From Nemertoderma westbladi (lineage: Eukaryota > Animalia > Xenacoelomorpha): DNA of 64,000 bases. Positions 28,171 to 40,862 of this stretch are shown here, piece after piece. The notes under the pieces were generated by a model. That model ran no database searches. It saw only the letters and a program-made list of their open reading frames with translations, and was not told the DNA's origin. Both the position numbers and the translations under genes were made by a program. The stretch spans positions 959 to 64,958 of the forward strand of contig JAUCBJ010009089.1 in NCBI GenBank assembly GCA_032718475.1, given 5' to 3'. Within the stretch, counting starts at the first letter, position 1, and each line of letters starts with the position of its first letter.

Positions 28171-28439
28171 ATACTTCATACAACTGTGTGCTTTCGTTAC
28201 AATATTGAATTAAACGGCTTAATATTATTCCTACCTATTCAGTTCTTGTCAATTCCAGCAATTCCAGTTTCAATTCCAGCATTTCAGGTCAGGTCTGGTC
28301 TTCTGCAATATTGATTCGAAAAACTTGCAATGCAGCACTAAGGAGGTGCCACCATGACTATATTGCTACATTGACCCTATTACTAAGGGCATCGGTCCAG
28401 TAAGAAGGACCCCCTTTCTCTAGAGGATAGGGACACTGT

Positions 28440-29480
28440 TGGTCCTGGGTTAAGGACTGATACTTGGCTGCAAGGGAATATACGCTAAGGAAACACCTTC
28501 CAAGGTTGTATAGAGTCTGATTGGAGATCTGTTCATTGTACTTGACACAATTAACCTGGCGCAGCATAATTGTATAAGTGCCATTTAGAGATTTGGGAGC
28601 AAGGGAATGTGGTCTGACCAGGTAGATGGTAATCTACCTATGGGTGGTCAAGCTGCACCTCACAACAGGGGTGCAGATGAGCTGCAATCCAATGATAAGT
28701 CATGTGCTTCAGAGTAGGTATGGGTGATGGGCCCCATATTTGACTAAAATCTGTGGAATTGCAAGAGGATGCAGTATTTGCCCCAATAGCTGACTCAATA
28801 AAAAAGCACCCCTAGCCCATTATGGATTACATCACTAATGCAGAAAAGGTCTGAACGCTATGGGCTTGTGGAATATTGGACAACATAGACCAAATCTCAA
28901 ACAACATCTGTTGTCACGTTTCCTAATGTGCTATTCACAAACTAAGGATGCCCAGTAGAGGAGGTGGATGTATGTTCATATGTTCAGAATACTTGCAATA
29001 TATGGGATTGCTGAGAAAATTTTTGCAGCAATCACATCAATATACAATGGTGCCAGTGTGTCTACCACTGATGGTGATGGTAATAACACCCATTGGCTTC
29101 AGAAGTCAAGGAAATCCGGCCGAGCACCTCACTGTTCTAGACATTGCTAAGCACTTGAGGGAGCCCAACGGCTCACCAGCTCATTAGAACAGGCTGCTTC
29201 TAATTTTGTGCATTTGTTTGTTCAAGAAGACCAGCTTTTTGACAGTTTACTTCGACTGTCCTCAGGAAATGTCTGAACGTATGACCATAAAATCTAAGGA
29301 TGTTATGCTTGTGCAGGAGGATGACATCTGTTCATGGGATCATTAATCCAGAAGTTAGGTGATGACAACCTTCGAATGGGCAAAGGATAGGCATGTGCAG
29401 CATTGAATGGCCTTGTCAGGGTTTGGGAGTCGCGCTGAATCTAAAACTGAAGGTTTGATTATTTAAAGCAGCTAGCATTA
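28440..29480 (+). mobile_element. Multiply deleted and rearranged copy of the RTE-like LINE family
   Basis: Ordered patches match 30310-30450, 31445-31550, 31680-31745 and 31785-32100. 28500-28597 is an inverted patch of ~32150-32245. Confidence 0.7.
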
Positions 29481-29489
29481 GAACCAGAG

Positions 29490-29600
29490 GTTCCACCTTG
29501 GTGTAATGGTTGCATTAAATTCACATCTCGTCGTGGGTTCGATTCCCACAGATTTCATTCCAGCACGAATGCACTAGCCACGGCGGATCTCTGTGTGATT
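29490..29600 (+). mobile_element. tRNA-derived SINE-like head
   Basis: A-box-like TGGTGTAATGG and B-box GGGTTCGATTCCC. No complete cloverleaf. Confidence 0.45.
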
Positions 29601-29746
29601 TAGAAAGGACCTATTTTAAGGTACTACTTTTCACAATTTTATTATTATTAGAAACAACAGTTATCTATCTGGCTTGTACCTAGTAGTTAGTTATATACAT
29701 AAATAAAAATGTAATAATATCATATGACTTATTTATTTCATAACAG

Positions 29747-29926
29747 GGTTTGAAATCAACCAGTGCTTAAGCCCAATATCTTTTGAGGCTAGGACTGCAG
29801 CGGGCCACATTCCAGCCTCGGAAACTGGACAAGAGCTTATTATGAATGACGATGGGCTGTCTTGTAAGAATTTACATCAAACTGATAACGAATGTATAGA
29901 CTATGAGATACGATTCTGCTGTCCTG
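29747..29926 (+). CDS. Exon encoding the C-terminal part of a mucin-type CysD (Mucin2_WxxW) domain
   Basis: TAACAG acceptor and G|GTAGG donor, 180 nt, phase 1-1. Translation FEINQCLSPISFEARTAAGHIPASETGQELIMNDDGLSCKNLHQTDNECIDYEIRFCCP fits C..P..R..GQ..GL.C.N..Q..C.DYE.RFCC. Confidence 0.85.
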
Positions 29927-30075
29927 GTAGGTCTTTAGGTAGTGGTAGTGGTCTTCTGTAAGGCAGTTTTTTCAGAATGCAAAGCTGTTCTTATTCATTC
30001 ATCTATTCATGGGATAAATGTGTCGAGGAGAATGTGAATCATTTAGATAATATTTAACCATCACTTACTTCATGT

Positions 30076-32564
30076 AAGTGATAAACACCCTAACACTCAG
30101 GTCCCGAATGCGACAAGGTGAGCTGGCTGCCTTGGCAGATAAGCTTTCTCTTAGTGCAGTGGGTGTTCAAGAGCACCGAATGCAGACTGGACAGACTGAT
30201 GAGGTTCTGATTAAGGACATGGGGGGCTGTTGGCGACTCGCCCTCGCTTCAGCAAATGATAGTGGCAATGGTGGAATTAGTCTATTGATGATTCCAACTG
30301 CACATGCAGCATTGGACAAAATAGACCAAATCTCTAACCACATCATCCGTTGCCACTTCTCATGTTCTGGAAGACTGGCTAAGAAGTTTCCTTAAGTGGT
30401 TATGATTGTGTGCTACTCTGTAACCAGTGTTGCCCCTGTAGAGGAGGTGGAAATTTCTTGCCTCTGAGGCGACAGATCACTGTGAGGGCTATACAGCCTT
30501 CACAGAGGCAGTTAAGTTAGCAGCTGCAGAAACAGTTCCTGTATAACCTCGAAACATGAAACGGGCCCCCTGGACTGACAACAAAATTCAGAAGTGCCAA
30601 AATGACCTCTACAAGGCGCAGAAAGAGTCCCGACTCAAACAGACTACAGCGGCCAAGAATTTAGTTAAGGCTGCATCTAGGTCCCTGAACAGGCAGTACT
30701 CTGTTAATTTACAGGAGCTAATAAACCAACAGGTTGATGCCATCAATGATGCTGACGACAGCAGGCAATCATCCCAGGCATGGAGCTGAGTCGAAAATTG
30801 GTTGAAAACATTGCTTGCTGGTCGAAAAGCCAACCAACCAACAAGGTTAAGGCTGAATCACCAGCTGATCGCCTCAATGGTTGGAAGGTCCACTTTGAAA
30901 AGCTCCTCAATAATGACAGGATATTGCCTGATAACTTTATAGAGTAAAAGTGTCTGAGTCTGTACTCCCAGATATTCCCATTGGTGATATCTCCTTTGCA
31001 GAAGTGAAGGCTGCTGCAAAGAGCATTACGACCAATCGTGCCAGTGGAGTAGATGGTGTTCCCACTGAGGTCTTTAAAATACCTGAGTGTTTAAAGCTCA
31101 TCTATCCCATCATAGTAGACATGTTCCGAACAACAAGAGTCCCACAAGAAATGAAAACAAATAAGTAGGTGCCAGTTCCCAAGAAGGGCAACCTAACACT
31201 CTATGGTTCTTTTTGGGGAATCTCATTGATCTCGATTGCTGCAAAGCTATACAATAGAATTCTATTAAATCGCATCAGGGATCCCATTGAGAGACTGCTC
31301 CGTGGAAATCAGAATGGGTTCCGTAAAGGTCGTGGGACCATGGAGCCCATTTTGGCACTTATAAGGATAATTGAAGAGTTATCAAAAAAGAAAGACAGCC
31401 ATCTGGCTGTTATCTTCAAGGCCTTTGATACAGTCTCTCGCTCACGTATGTTCAGCATACTTTCATTATATGGGATTCCTGATGAAATTATTGCAGCAAT
31501 CAGATCAGTATACGATGGTTCGACAACATTTGTGTCTACTGTTGACGGTGACACAGAACCATTTGAAGTGTTATGGGGCGTCCTCCAGGGAGACACATTT
31601 GCACCATTCTTGTTCATAATTGTTGTTGACTATGTTCTACGCATGTCCTTAGATCATCATAATGATGATGGGGTGATGATAACTCCACCTAATGGCTCCA
31701 GAAGTCGAGGAGATCCTGCCAAGTACCTAACTGATCTAGACTTTGCTGATGACGTAGGAGTACTCTCAGAATCACTAGCTCCTCGGCTCCTCAGCTCATT
31801 AGAACATGCTGCTTATAGTGTTGGTCTTTTTATTAACTCCAGAAAGACCAATATTTTGACAGTTAACTTTGAAAGTCCTCAGCAAGTCTCTGATCGGATG
31901 AGCATAAGCTCAAAAGATGGTATGCTCGAGCATGTGGATGACTTCTGTTACATGGGATCATGGATCCGGAAGTCAGGTGAGGGAGGACCTTCGAATACGT
32001 AAGGGAAAGGCATGGGCAGCCTTGAATAGGCTTTCCAGGATTTGGAAGTCACCGAGAATTAATCGGAAACTTAAGGTCCGATTATTTAGAGCAGCAGTAG
32101 TTCCAGTACTCCTCTATGGGAGTCCATGCTGGGCTCTAACTGCTGAGGACACCAAATCTCTGGATGGCACATTCACAAGAATGCTACGCCGGGTTCATTG
32201 TGTCAAGTACAATGCACACATCTCCAACGAGACACTATATAACATTGGAGGTGTCTCATTGGTTCCCCCAAGCTTGACACTAGAACAAAATCGCCTACGC
32301 TTTGCAGGACATTGCTTTCGACGTGAGGACCAGCCAGTGCATAATCTTGTACTTTGGCAGCCTCATGGAGTGAATAAGCATGGTGGACAGCCCATGACTT
32401 TCTTGAGACGCATCGTATTAAAGGACACTGGCCTTGAAGATGCGGATGATCTAGCAAATGTCATGGGTGATAGGGAGTTGTGGCGGTGCAATTTTGTCGA
32501 TAAGCTGGCACAGCATTCTTAAAAATGCAGCTACAATGCAGCATGCCGATCCTAGTAGTAGTAG
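30076..32564 (+). mobile_element. 5'-truncated RTE/RTEX-like LINE (partial endonuclease, RT), inactivated
   Basis: Endonuclease motif VGVQEHR. RT motifs QNGFRKGR, KAFDTV, GVLQGDTFAPFLF and DLDFADD. (TAG)n tail. 10-bp TSD TACTTCATGT at 30066-30075 and 32565-32574. Stops and frameshifts present. Confidence 0.92.
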
Positions 32565-32714
32565 TACTTCATGTCACACACATTGTGTATTATGTTTACA
32601 TTATTTGCCACATTCACAATTAAAGTTATAGCAGTAATTTGCTCATTAAATTGTCAACATACGATTATTGAAATAATAAATGAATTGCTGTGGGGAGAAG
32701 TGACGGCGAATAAA

Positions 32715-33035
32715 TGATATAATAATGTAATAGTACAGTATGATAATAGTAAAAATTTCAACGGACCCTATTTCGGCTCGAACCCAGTACCTAGGTTTCA
32801 AAGTTCAAATTCTCAGTTATCATCAGCCGTGTGTATGATGATATATAATATATGTGATAGCCCACTCCATAGCGAATATATTATTTATCCATCCTGTTAG
32901 CTCAGTTGTCATAGGCACATACACCCATCTGATGATAACCGGAAGTTTGATACATAGGTATGGGGTTCGAGCCCCATTAGTTCGCCAAATTTGTCACTAA
33001 GGAGAGCATTATCATACTGTTACATTATTATATAT
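32715..33035. mobile_element. Head-to-head pair of tRNA-derived SINE-like copies
   Basis: The plus copy has TAGCTCAGTTG (A box) and GGTTCGAGCCC (B box). The minus copy shares CATACAC..CTGATGATAAC..TAGGTA..GGGTTCGAGCC..ATTATCATACTGT. Confidence 0.55.
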
Positions 33036-33246
33036 TATTGAAACTAGTGGCGTGCAAACAAGCCGGATGTAAATCTTGAATCTTCAGAACACTTCTATTA
33101 ATGAATTAATATACTAATATTTAACTTTTTAAATCACTTTGTTCCTTGAGGCCTGACAAGGATCCAATTTTCTAAAACTTTTTAGTGTTTATCTATAAGA
33201 AACTCGCAGAATAATAATAATAATTTATAGGAAATATTTGTTGTAG

Positions 33247-33362
33247 GCAATGTCAACTATATTCCATTATTACACAACACAGACAGATACCATCAGCTGA
33301 ACAAAATACCTACGACCTATGATTCTAATTACACCAATTATTACAATAAGTACTGCAGTTGA
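33247..33362 (+). CDS. Candidate terminal exon of the CysD-domain gene
   Basis: TTGTAG acceptor with phase matching the 29926 donor. Reads NVNYIPLLHNTDRYHQLNKIPTTYDSNYTNYYNKYCS*. AATAAA at 33406. Confidence 0.3.
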
Positions 33363-34394
33363 AGGACTACATTATTACTACAATTCATTCTCATCTGGAA
33401 TTAGTAATAAATTCACATTCGCCCATACCTTTACTGACATTTAACACACACTAATGCTACCCTATGAAGAATTTCAAGTTTGTAATGGAGTGGAGTTTAG
33501 GAAGTAGGGCAAGTACAATAATCTTGGCAACCTCATCGATTTATACTAAGCCTGTGTAAAAATCCATTATATAAGCCATTTTTCATCATGAACACCAGCT
33601 GTTATTGGTATTGTTTTACCATTGCGTCTATAGCACTTTTCGTTATTTATTTTTTGCAAAAAATAATGACTGTATTTTTCTGAAAATGGCTTGATACACC
33701 CATTCAGACCATACACTACAGGAGGGTTCTAAAAACAACACAATTGACCGAATAGTTTCGGAGCCTTTCGTTTGACAAACACACACACAAAGAAACAAAC
33801 AGACACGATTTTCTAATTAACAATTCTATGCAAAATAATTTATATTATGAATATTTATTAATCCTAACATGTAACCTCTCCCGTGTTATACAATTTACGA
33901 TCAGTTAATGATATTAGATGTAGTTAGCAATGTATACTATTCGCTATGTTATCGCATTTACAAGCTTACTGGTAAGTATGAAAGCAATATTACTTTACAG
34001 ACATTAGTAATCATCAATCTGTAATGTTATCATGTTTATTGCACCATACTCCAGACCCATAGACTCCAGTACCTCTGGACTTCAATAATTCAGACTGTTA
34101 GACTTAAAACAGCTGCTGCCTGTGTGTGGCATGTGGGCATAACTAGGGAGTATATAGTACAGTACGCTATGTATATACTGTCTGATCATGTGACCTATTT
34201 GTACAAGTCAGTTACTGAATGTGAATATACATCACTCAATGGTGATGAGGATGGTCACACATGTAGTATGCTCATCAATGGGTATGTACATCAGTACCAT
34301 TATCAGGCCCATACCTGCAGACCGACGATATAAATACTAAACTGAAATTACTTTAATTAATGCAAACTGATCAATCTAAATTGATAATTTCCGA

Positions 34395-35351
34395 CAGTCA
34401 ATTTGAAAACAGAACGGCAATAACAGAACTGAATACTCCAGGTAGACTCCAGGATCTCTCTCGATTGAATGAGGATTCATCACGAATGTATCTTGTCATT
34501 TTCAAGATTCTGGATCCAGTTAACTGTCTAAAATAAGTGGAATAGTTGTCCGATACTATGATTCTTGGTAAATGGTCCGTGGAGCCCACTTCGCACAAAA
34601 AACATATGGCAGGATAAATATTACCGGTAGTAATTACATGGTCCAACAGGGTCGTCGAGTGGGCTGTTATTAGGGTATTTGGGAAATCGTCAGCGTAAAT
34701 CCATTTGACGTTACGTTATTTAAATAATTTTGTACTTGTAGTTTATTGGGGCTCAAGACATCAACATTATAGTCACCTGTTAAAATTACATCATAATTAT
34801 TACTAGCCAATTTAGCAAGGTGGTCATTGAAAGCGGATTGAAACTGGTCCAGATTAACACTCTGAGTACGGTATACACAGCCAATAATTAAAGGTGATTG
34901 CGGCTAATTTCAACCCAGGTGTTATCATGGCTGGGAAGGTGTATGTCCATTCTAATGGTACCTTAGAGTTCATTACGTACGTATATGGCAGTACCACCTC
35001 TATCGAGCTTACCATAAGTTCTATAGTCACAAATGGGTTTCTTGTAACCTTCAATGCAAATAGCATCAAGATCATGATCTTTTGTCAAAAAAGTTTCAGA
35101 GAAAGTTAAAATGCCAAACTTCAACAACAAAGAGTGTAGAAAATCCGTGATAGCAGAAAAGTTTGACATAATGCTCCTATAATTGAGATGAAACACGGAA
35201 AGCCATTATGACAGTCATCAAATTTCAGGCTAAATTTAGTTTCGTTAAAATATTCATCTGTAATAATATTTGAAACGAGATTTCTATCAGGGTTTATAGA
35301 ATTAAACATATTATCAGTAGGGTCATTATCCAGACTCATAAGATCTTCCAT
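34395..35351 (-). mobile_element. CR1-like LINE apurinic endonuclease fragment
   Basis: HLNYRSI..FSETFL..GGTAIYV, ILTGDYNVD, TTLLDHVIT and TDHLP motifs across several frames. Confidence 0.8.
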
Positions 35352-35474
35352 ATCGCAGCCAAATATATCATTATCATATCATTATTGTCAACAGAATTAA
35401 GTTTAAGTTAAAGTTTAAGTAACATAAATTACACCAATGACTCGCATCTTTTTGGATCACGAGCATGGTTATGG

Positions 35475-35700
35475 GTGTCTGTATGTTCACTGTTCAATGG
35501 TGAACGCGCAAACACTGATGAACGAATGTCACCTACTCTAGAACGTTTGCTCGTTTTATATTGGTTGGAGAAAATCAATACACGTTTACCTTCATATGTA
35601 CAGCGTCACTATAACCATGATTTACAAAAGATGTCATTAAAGGATATTAGCCACAGATAGTTACTTTAATAGATTCGTTCATTGCTGAAATAAATACGCA
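35475..35700 (+). mobile_element. LTR-retrotransposon gag-like fragment
   Basis: DERMSPTLERLLVLYWLEKINTRLPSYVQRHYNHDLQKMSLKDI resembles, from memory, the N-terminal region of Gypsy-like polyproteins of marine invertebrates. Confidence 0.45.
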
Positions 35701-35864
35701 TGCTGATGTATCCTGGGTAGCGGCCAATGTGGCACAAATTGATTCGGCAAGTTCATTTCGACCATGTTCTACTGGTAATCGTTATCCTTCTCAATTTCAT
35801 AATAAAAATTTTGCTTCAAATTCTAAACGTTCGTCTAATGCTTCCATCACTACCAAGTCATGTG

Positions 35865-36158
35865 TATGGTGGCCCATTAGAGCCACTACACTTTATTTAT
35901 TAATTTTTGCGTGAATAAAATTTAATTTAATTTAATGTTAATATTTAAATCAAGTACAATTTAAAAAAATACATTAAATTTACTTTCACTTTTGTTTCCA
36001 ATTAGATTAGTTTTACTTTTACTTTCGTTTTATTTTTAGTTTTACTTTCACTTTCGTTTTAATATTAGTTTTACATTAACTTTCGATTTCATTTTAGTTT
36101 TACTTTAACTTTAACTTTCGTTTTCATTTCATTTTCGATTTTTGCACACGACCCATTA
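35865..36158. mobile_element. Left end of a second IS3EU-like element
   Basis: Starts TATGGTGGCCCATTAGAGC, similar to the reverse complement of 27566-27585. Followed by a TTTTACTTTCAC hexamer-like array. Confidence 0.4.
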
Positions 36159-37370
36159 CAGTCACCCTATTAGCCAAGGACTACTTTTACCCTTACAATC
36201 AATTGCAGGCTGTGGCTCCAATGGGCCATGCAAGGCAGCCCAGTACAGCCATCGATTTTCGAAGAGAAACTTAAAACGGATTTTTGCAGGTGGCCCATGG
36301 CGGTCATTTCCCTATGATGGGACTAGGAGAGCCAGACTGACAGAGAGAAGTCACAGCCTAGGCCTAACCCATACACCAGCAACAATCCAGCATTGTGACA
36401 TTACTGCAATTCTTTATTTCATTATTGCATTCTACAAGAGTTTTGAAAACAACACAATTTGTCGTGACCGTCACGAGATAGCAACCACATAGGGCCATCG
36501 GACTGAAACGGGGTCTTATGAGGTTTTTTCCTATTTTCTAATCTTCTAGCCTCCAAAATGTCTGGGGCAATGTCCCCCATTATTTGGTATACCGGTACAA
36601 GAGACCGTGGCACCTTGATTCCATGGAAAGTTCGTAATTTCAAATGGAAAAGGCCCGATACCCGAGATTCCTTCCTGGTCCATCCAGTTCTTGGATTACT
36701 ACAGTGTTCCTTACACTCTCTAAAGTAGTGTTGTAAGTAATGTAATTAATTTCAAAAAAACGAAGTCTTCGATCAAGTGATTTCAAAGATGGGAAGTGTC
36801 AAATTCCTTTGTAAGACTAACTAGAATCTCCTTTCGTTTCCAGTTCTGCGCTACTAAATCCGTCATCCTTCGTTTGAGAACATGGTCATTTTGCCATGCC
36901 ATCGCCAGACCCCCTATGGGTGTCTAGCATGGCGTGTATATATGGGGTATATGGGGTGAAGGATGAACCGGTCGGCAGTCGGGATGCCTATTCATTCTGG
37001 CTTAGAGATAAAGGACTCTGTATCCGACTCCTGTATCCTATTCGACTCTTTAAATGAATAAATGAAATAGGCCTAAACCAATGATCTAAACTAAAGCAGT
37101 AAAATGCCTTACAGCAAGCCAATAATTCAGCAATATTCAGTAGTGTATGAGTTAGGCCGAGGTTGTGAATTCTCTCTGTCAGTCTGGCTCTCCTAGTCCC
37201 ATCATAGGGAAATGACCGCCATGGGCCACCTGCAAAAATCAGTTTTAAGTTTCTCTTCGAAATTCGATGGCTGTACTGGGCTGCCTTTCTTGGCCCATTG
37301 GAGCCACAGCCTGCAATTGATTGTAAGGGTAAAAGGTGGCCGCCGTAGTCCTTGGCTAATATGGTGACTC
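36159..37370. mobile_element. MITE with ~200-bp TIRs
   Basis: 36160-36360 is the reverse complement of ~37158-37369 apart from one 10-bp indel. The left end is TA|CAGTCACC. Confidence 0.8.
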
Positions 37371-37834
37371 ATGGAATACTAAATATAGACGGAACCGCAT
37401 TATTGTTATTTTTTCGGCCCCGAAATTTTTTTCAATAAAATAGTAGTATATGCCATAGAAACCTCAGAAAAAAAATTTAAGCAAATTTGACCGGAGCGTT
37501 TCCATGGAAACCGGGCAAACATAAAATTTCTAGGTTTTGTCATGAATTAATTATTTTTTGCAACTACTATCCTATTTATTTTTATCATATTTATTTTTAT
37601 TTCTAGCACAGGTAACTATACAGTAGCAACGAGGTAAAATCGATTAATTTATATATATTAAATATATTTAAATAAACACTGCTGTGGAAGCTAATTTTGA
37701 CACTTTTATTAGTTTTATATATTACTCTAACAGTAATTAATTCTATCCTACTTTATATAATGTAATATATACAGTATGTATAGGGAGGTTATGTAATTGA
37801 TGCTTTATGCAGTATAATAATAATAAAATAATAG

Positions 37835-37875
37835 AAACGGCGTTTCGGCCGGCTTTAGGTCTCTTCAGCAGTACT
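37835..37875 (-). ncRNA. Degenerate minimal hammerhead ribozyme motif (Penelope-type remnant)
   Basis: Minus strand reads CTGAAGA-GACC-TAAAGCC-GGCC-GAAA-CGCCGTT. One mismatch in stem II, and no good stem I. Confidence 0.45.
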
Positions 37876-38562
37876 GCCAAGTACTGGACACCCCAGTTCC
37901 AAAGATGTACCGCTGTCACTAGTAGTGATGATTGTCAAGATACGAGTGGCGATTCTCCTATTATTCTGATTGCTGGCAGAGTCTCCGGGTGGCAGTAGAT
38001 GTAGAATCATCAGCCAGGGTGGCAACGTGGCAGTGTTAGTAGAGATGACAGCCAGGGTGGCAACGTGGCAGTGGTAGTAGAAACAACAGCCATGGTGGCA
38101 ACGTGGTAGGTAGTGGAAACACGTTGTGGGGTCTTCGAGCAGCACGTGTTCAAATGTTCAATGACTGAGCAGCGACTAATTAACAAATTTATGAGAGATT
38201 CATTGACCAGCTACCGACAGACCAATATTGTGACATATATTTTAGTTTAATGTTTGATTCAATTAGAGGCACAAATTAAAAAGGCTACAAATATATAGGG
38301 GTGAATAATTACATTAATCACCCATTAAAAGGTAGCCAAATAATATAAGTTGCAATCTATATAAATTTTTAAATTCAGTAGTGTGCGTGTGTTGTGTATT
38401 GATCCCGTATATTTCATGTTGTAATAGCGTTCATTAATTTAATTTCTATTTAATTATTCAGGCATACTAATACCCACTTTAAATTAGTTCGTGTGTGTTA
38501 AGTGTGTAAGATTTGATTGTTTTGGCACGAACCCATTAGGGCACAGAAACTGACGGATTCTT

Positions 38563-38632
38563 CGCGAATTTCGCAAACGTCGCGAATTTCACAAACGTCG
38601 CGAATTTCGCAAACGTCGCAAACTTCGGGAAT
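38563..38632. repeat. 18-bp tandem repeat
   Basis: CGCGAATTTCGCAAACGT, 3-4 copies. Confidence 0.85.
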
Positions 38633-39046
38633 TTGTTCTACAATTTTGACTCCTTAAGCAAAAGGGTCCCGAATGAGTTTTTTAACCTTTATTTTTTTGT
38701 GATTTTGAGTGCTTTTTTATATTAGTGAATGCTCTAGAACCTTAGTAGATTTTTTATGGTATAATGCTAGTATTTTTTTACTAGCTAGTAATTTTTGGAA
38801 ATTATTTTGGTCATTAATATATTCTTCAACAGTTTAACCTGAAATATCATGGACTTTCACATTTTTTATAATTATTTATAAAAATACTAGCTAGCAAAAA
38901 AATACTACCGGTAGCTATCATCAAAAACATATCTACTAATGTTCTAGAACTTTCACCAATAACAAAAAAATTTAAAAACTCTAAAAAAGGATTGGTGAAA
39001 AATGGCTGGGGTGTCGACAGGGCGAAGTAGGGACCGTGTTGCTTAA

Positions 39047-40215
39047 CCCCTTAGAGCCTATGACGTCCAGTGAATTTCACCATGGACAACACTAAGACGT
39101 GCAGTGGACGTTATGCTGCAATACATGTTTTATTGGAAGGCTCTTGGTCTAGGTATACTGGTGGATAGTATTAAAGACATTTAGTGCTCTTCATGGCAAA
39201 AAATCCATTCTGTACTGTAGATAGGCTTTATTGTAGACTGTATTATCAATGTTAGGTATATGGCGTAATGCCAACCACAGTACAGTAGTACAGACTGACA
39301 GTAAGACCGACAGACAGACAGACTAGATTTATGTAAACGTGTAAACTGACATCAGAAATGAAATCAGCAACCCTTAACACCCCCATAGCGGGAATGTTGG
39401 TTAGTTAGTATACTTTCTTAATTTTTGACAGACTGACTGACAGAAAGACCGACAGACCAACAGCCAGACAGACTAGATTTATTAAACTTGAAAACTGACA
39501 TCTGAAATGAAATCAGCACCCATTAAAACCCCCATAACGAGAATTTTAGTTAGTTAGTATTATTTTTTAAGTTTTGACAGACTGACTGACTGACAGAAAG
39601 ACCGACAAACTAGATTAATGTAAACCTGAAAACTGACATCAGAAATGAAATCAGCACCCCTTAAAACCCCCATAGCGAGAATGTTAGTTAATTTGAATTA
39701 TTTTTTATGTTTTGTCAGACTGACTAACAGAATGACCGACAGACAGACATACTAGATTTATGTAAACGTGAAAACTGACATCAGAAATGTAATCAGCACC
39801 CCTTAAAACCCCCACAGCGAGAATGTTAGCGACACGTTTTAATTATTAACCATATTTCGTAAGATATATTGTAAACATTTATTTATTAATAATGCAATAA
39901 CTGAATAACCACATAACGGAAAGACAAATCGAATTGAAACTTTTAATTACTAATAATAATTGTGGTGAGAGGTGATTGGAAATTAAGCTTATATGTTATG
40001 TTATGGTAGGCACAGGCAAATTAATTGATGTTTGTTGAGATGTATTGAAGGAGCGCTATTCCTTATACTAGACTACTACAGGTTAGGCCATGTCCTTGTG
40101 TGCTAGCCTAGGCACTGGCTTGGTCAATGACTTCAGATTGCCATGTTAGTAATGTACAACTTCAAGAAATATTATTGGGCACGGCTGCCCTTGTCATGCC
40201 TTAGGCTCTAAGGGG
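39047..40215. mobile_element. piggyBac-type MITE with internal ~120-bp tandem repeats, nested in another MITE
   Basis: TTAA|CCCCTTAGAGCCTA ... TAGGCTCTAAGGGG. Four ~120-bp units lie at 39295-39830. It interrupts the right TIR (GGGACC..TTGCTTAA/GGAG) of a host element starting CTCCTTAAGCAA at 38650. Confidence 0.75.
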
Positions 40216-40350
40216 GAGAATGGAATCAGCGTATGAATTTACAATGTTAATTACGTTTAAATCAATTAAAAATACATTTATTATCGCAAATCACTTGAAA
40301 AAATAAAAAACTATAATAAAAACTATAATAAATATATAACTAATAATATA

Positions 40351-40369
40351 ACACACACACCACCACACC

Positions 40370-40458
<89 letters not shown>
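40351..40458. repeat. (CA)n microsatellite
   Basis: Read directly from the sequence. Confidence 0.98.
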
Positions 40459-40460
<2 letters not shown>

Positions 40461-40862
40461 CTACACGCACACCCGCCATGGTTCTTTCACACACTGAATT
40501 TTGAATTTTACTAACTGTAAAATTCATTATATCTTCACATCAACAATTTGCAGAGTTTGTGTCATGTTTTTTTCACACACGAAATGAAAATTACAAAACA
40601 TCTGCTAAGGGGCGTCGGAGGGGTGGTTGCGATGTGTGTGTGACTTTATAATTTTTTGCATTGTATGTGTTATTTACAAATTCCCGCTTTCTGGTTATTT
40701 CTGCTACTTTCTACCTTATCCAAGTATTTACCGAGTGCCGAGCCGGTGAGGTAAATATAACAAAATACATAAATAATAATAAATAAAATAAATATAAATA
40801 CATAATTTGAATAATTTATAATCGAACATGATTTATTCAAGTTTGTTCTAATTGGCCATTTT

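Noticed and set aside
29490-29600. Functional tRNA gene
   Set aside because: Only A- and B-box-like motifs are present, with no acceptor or anticodon stems. The same applies to 32895-32980.
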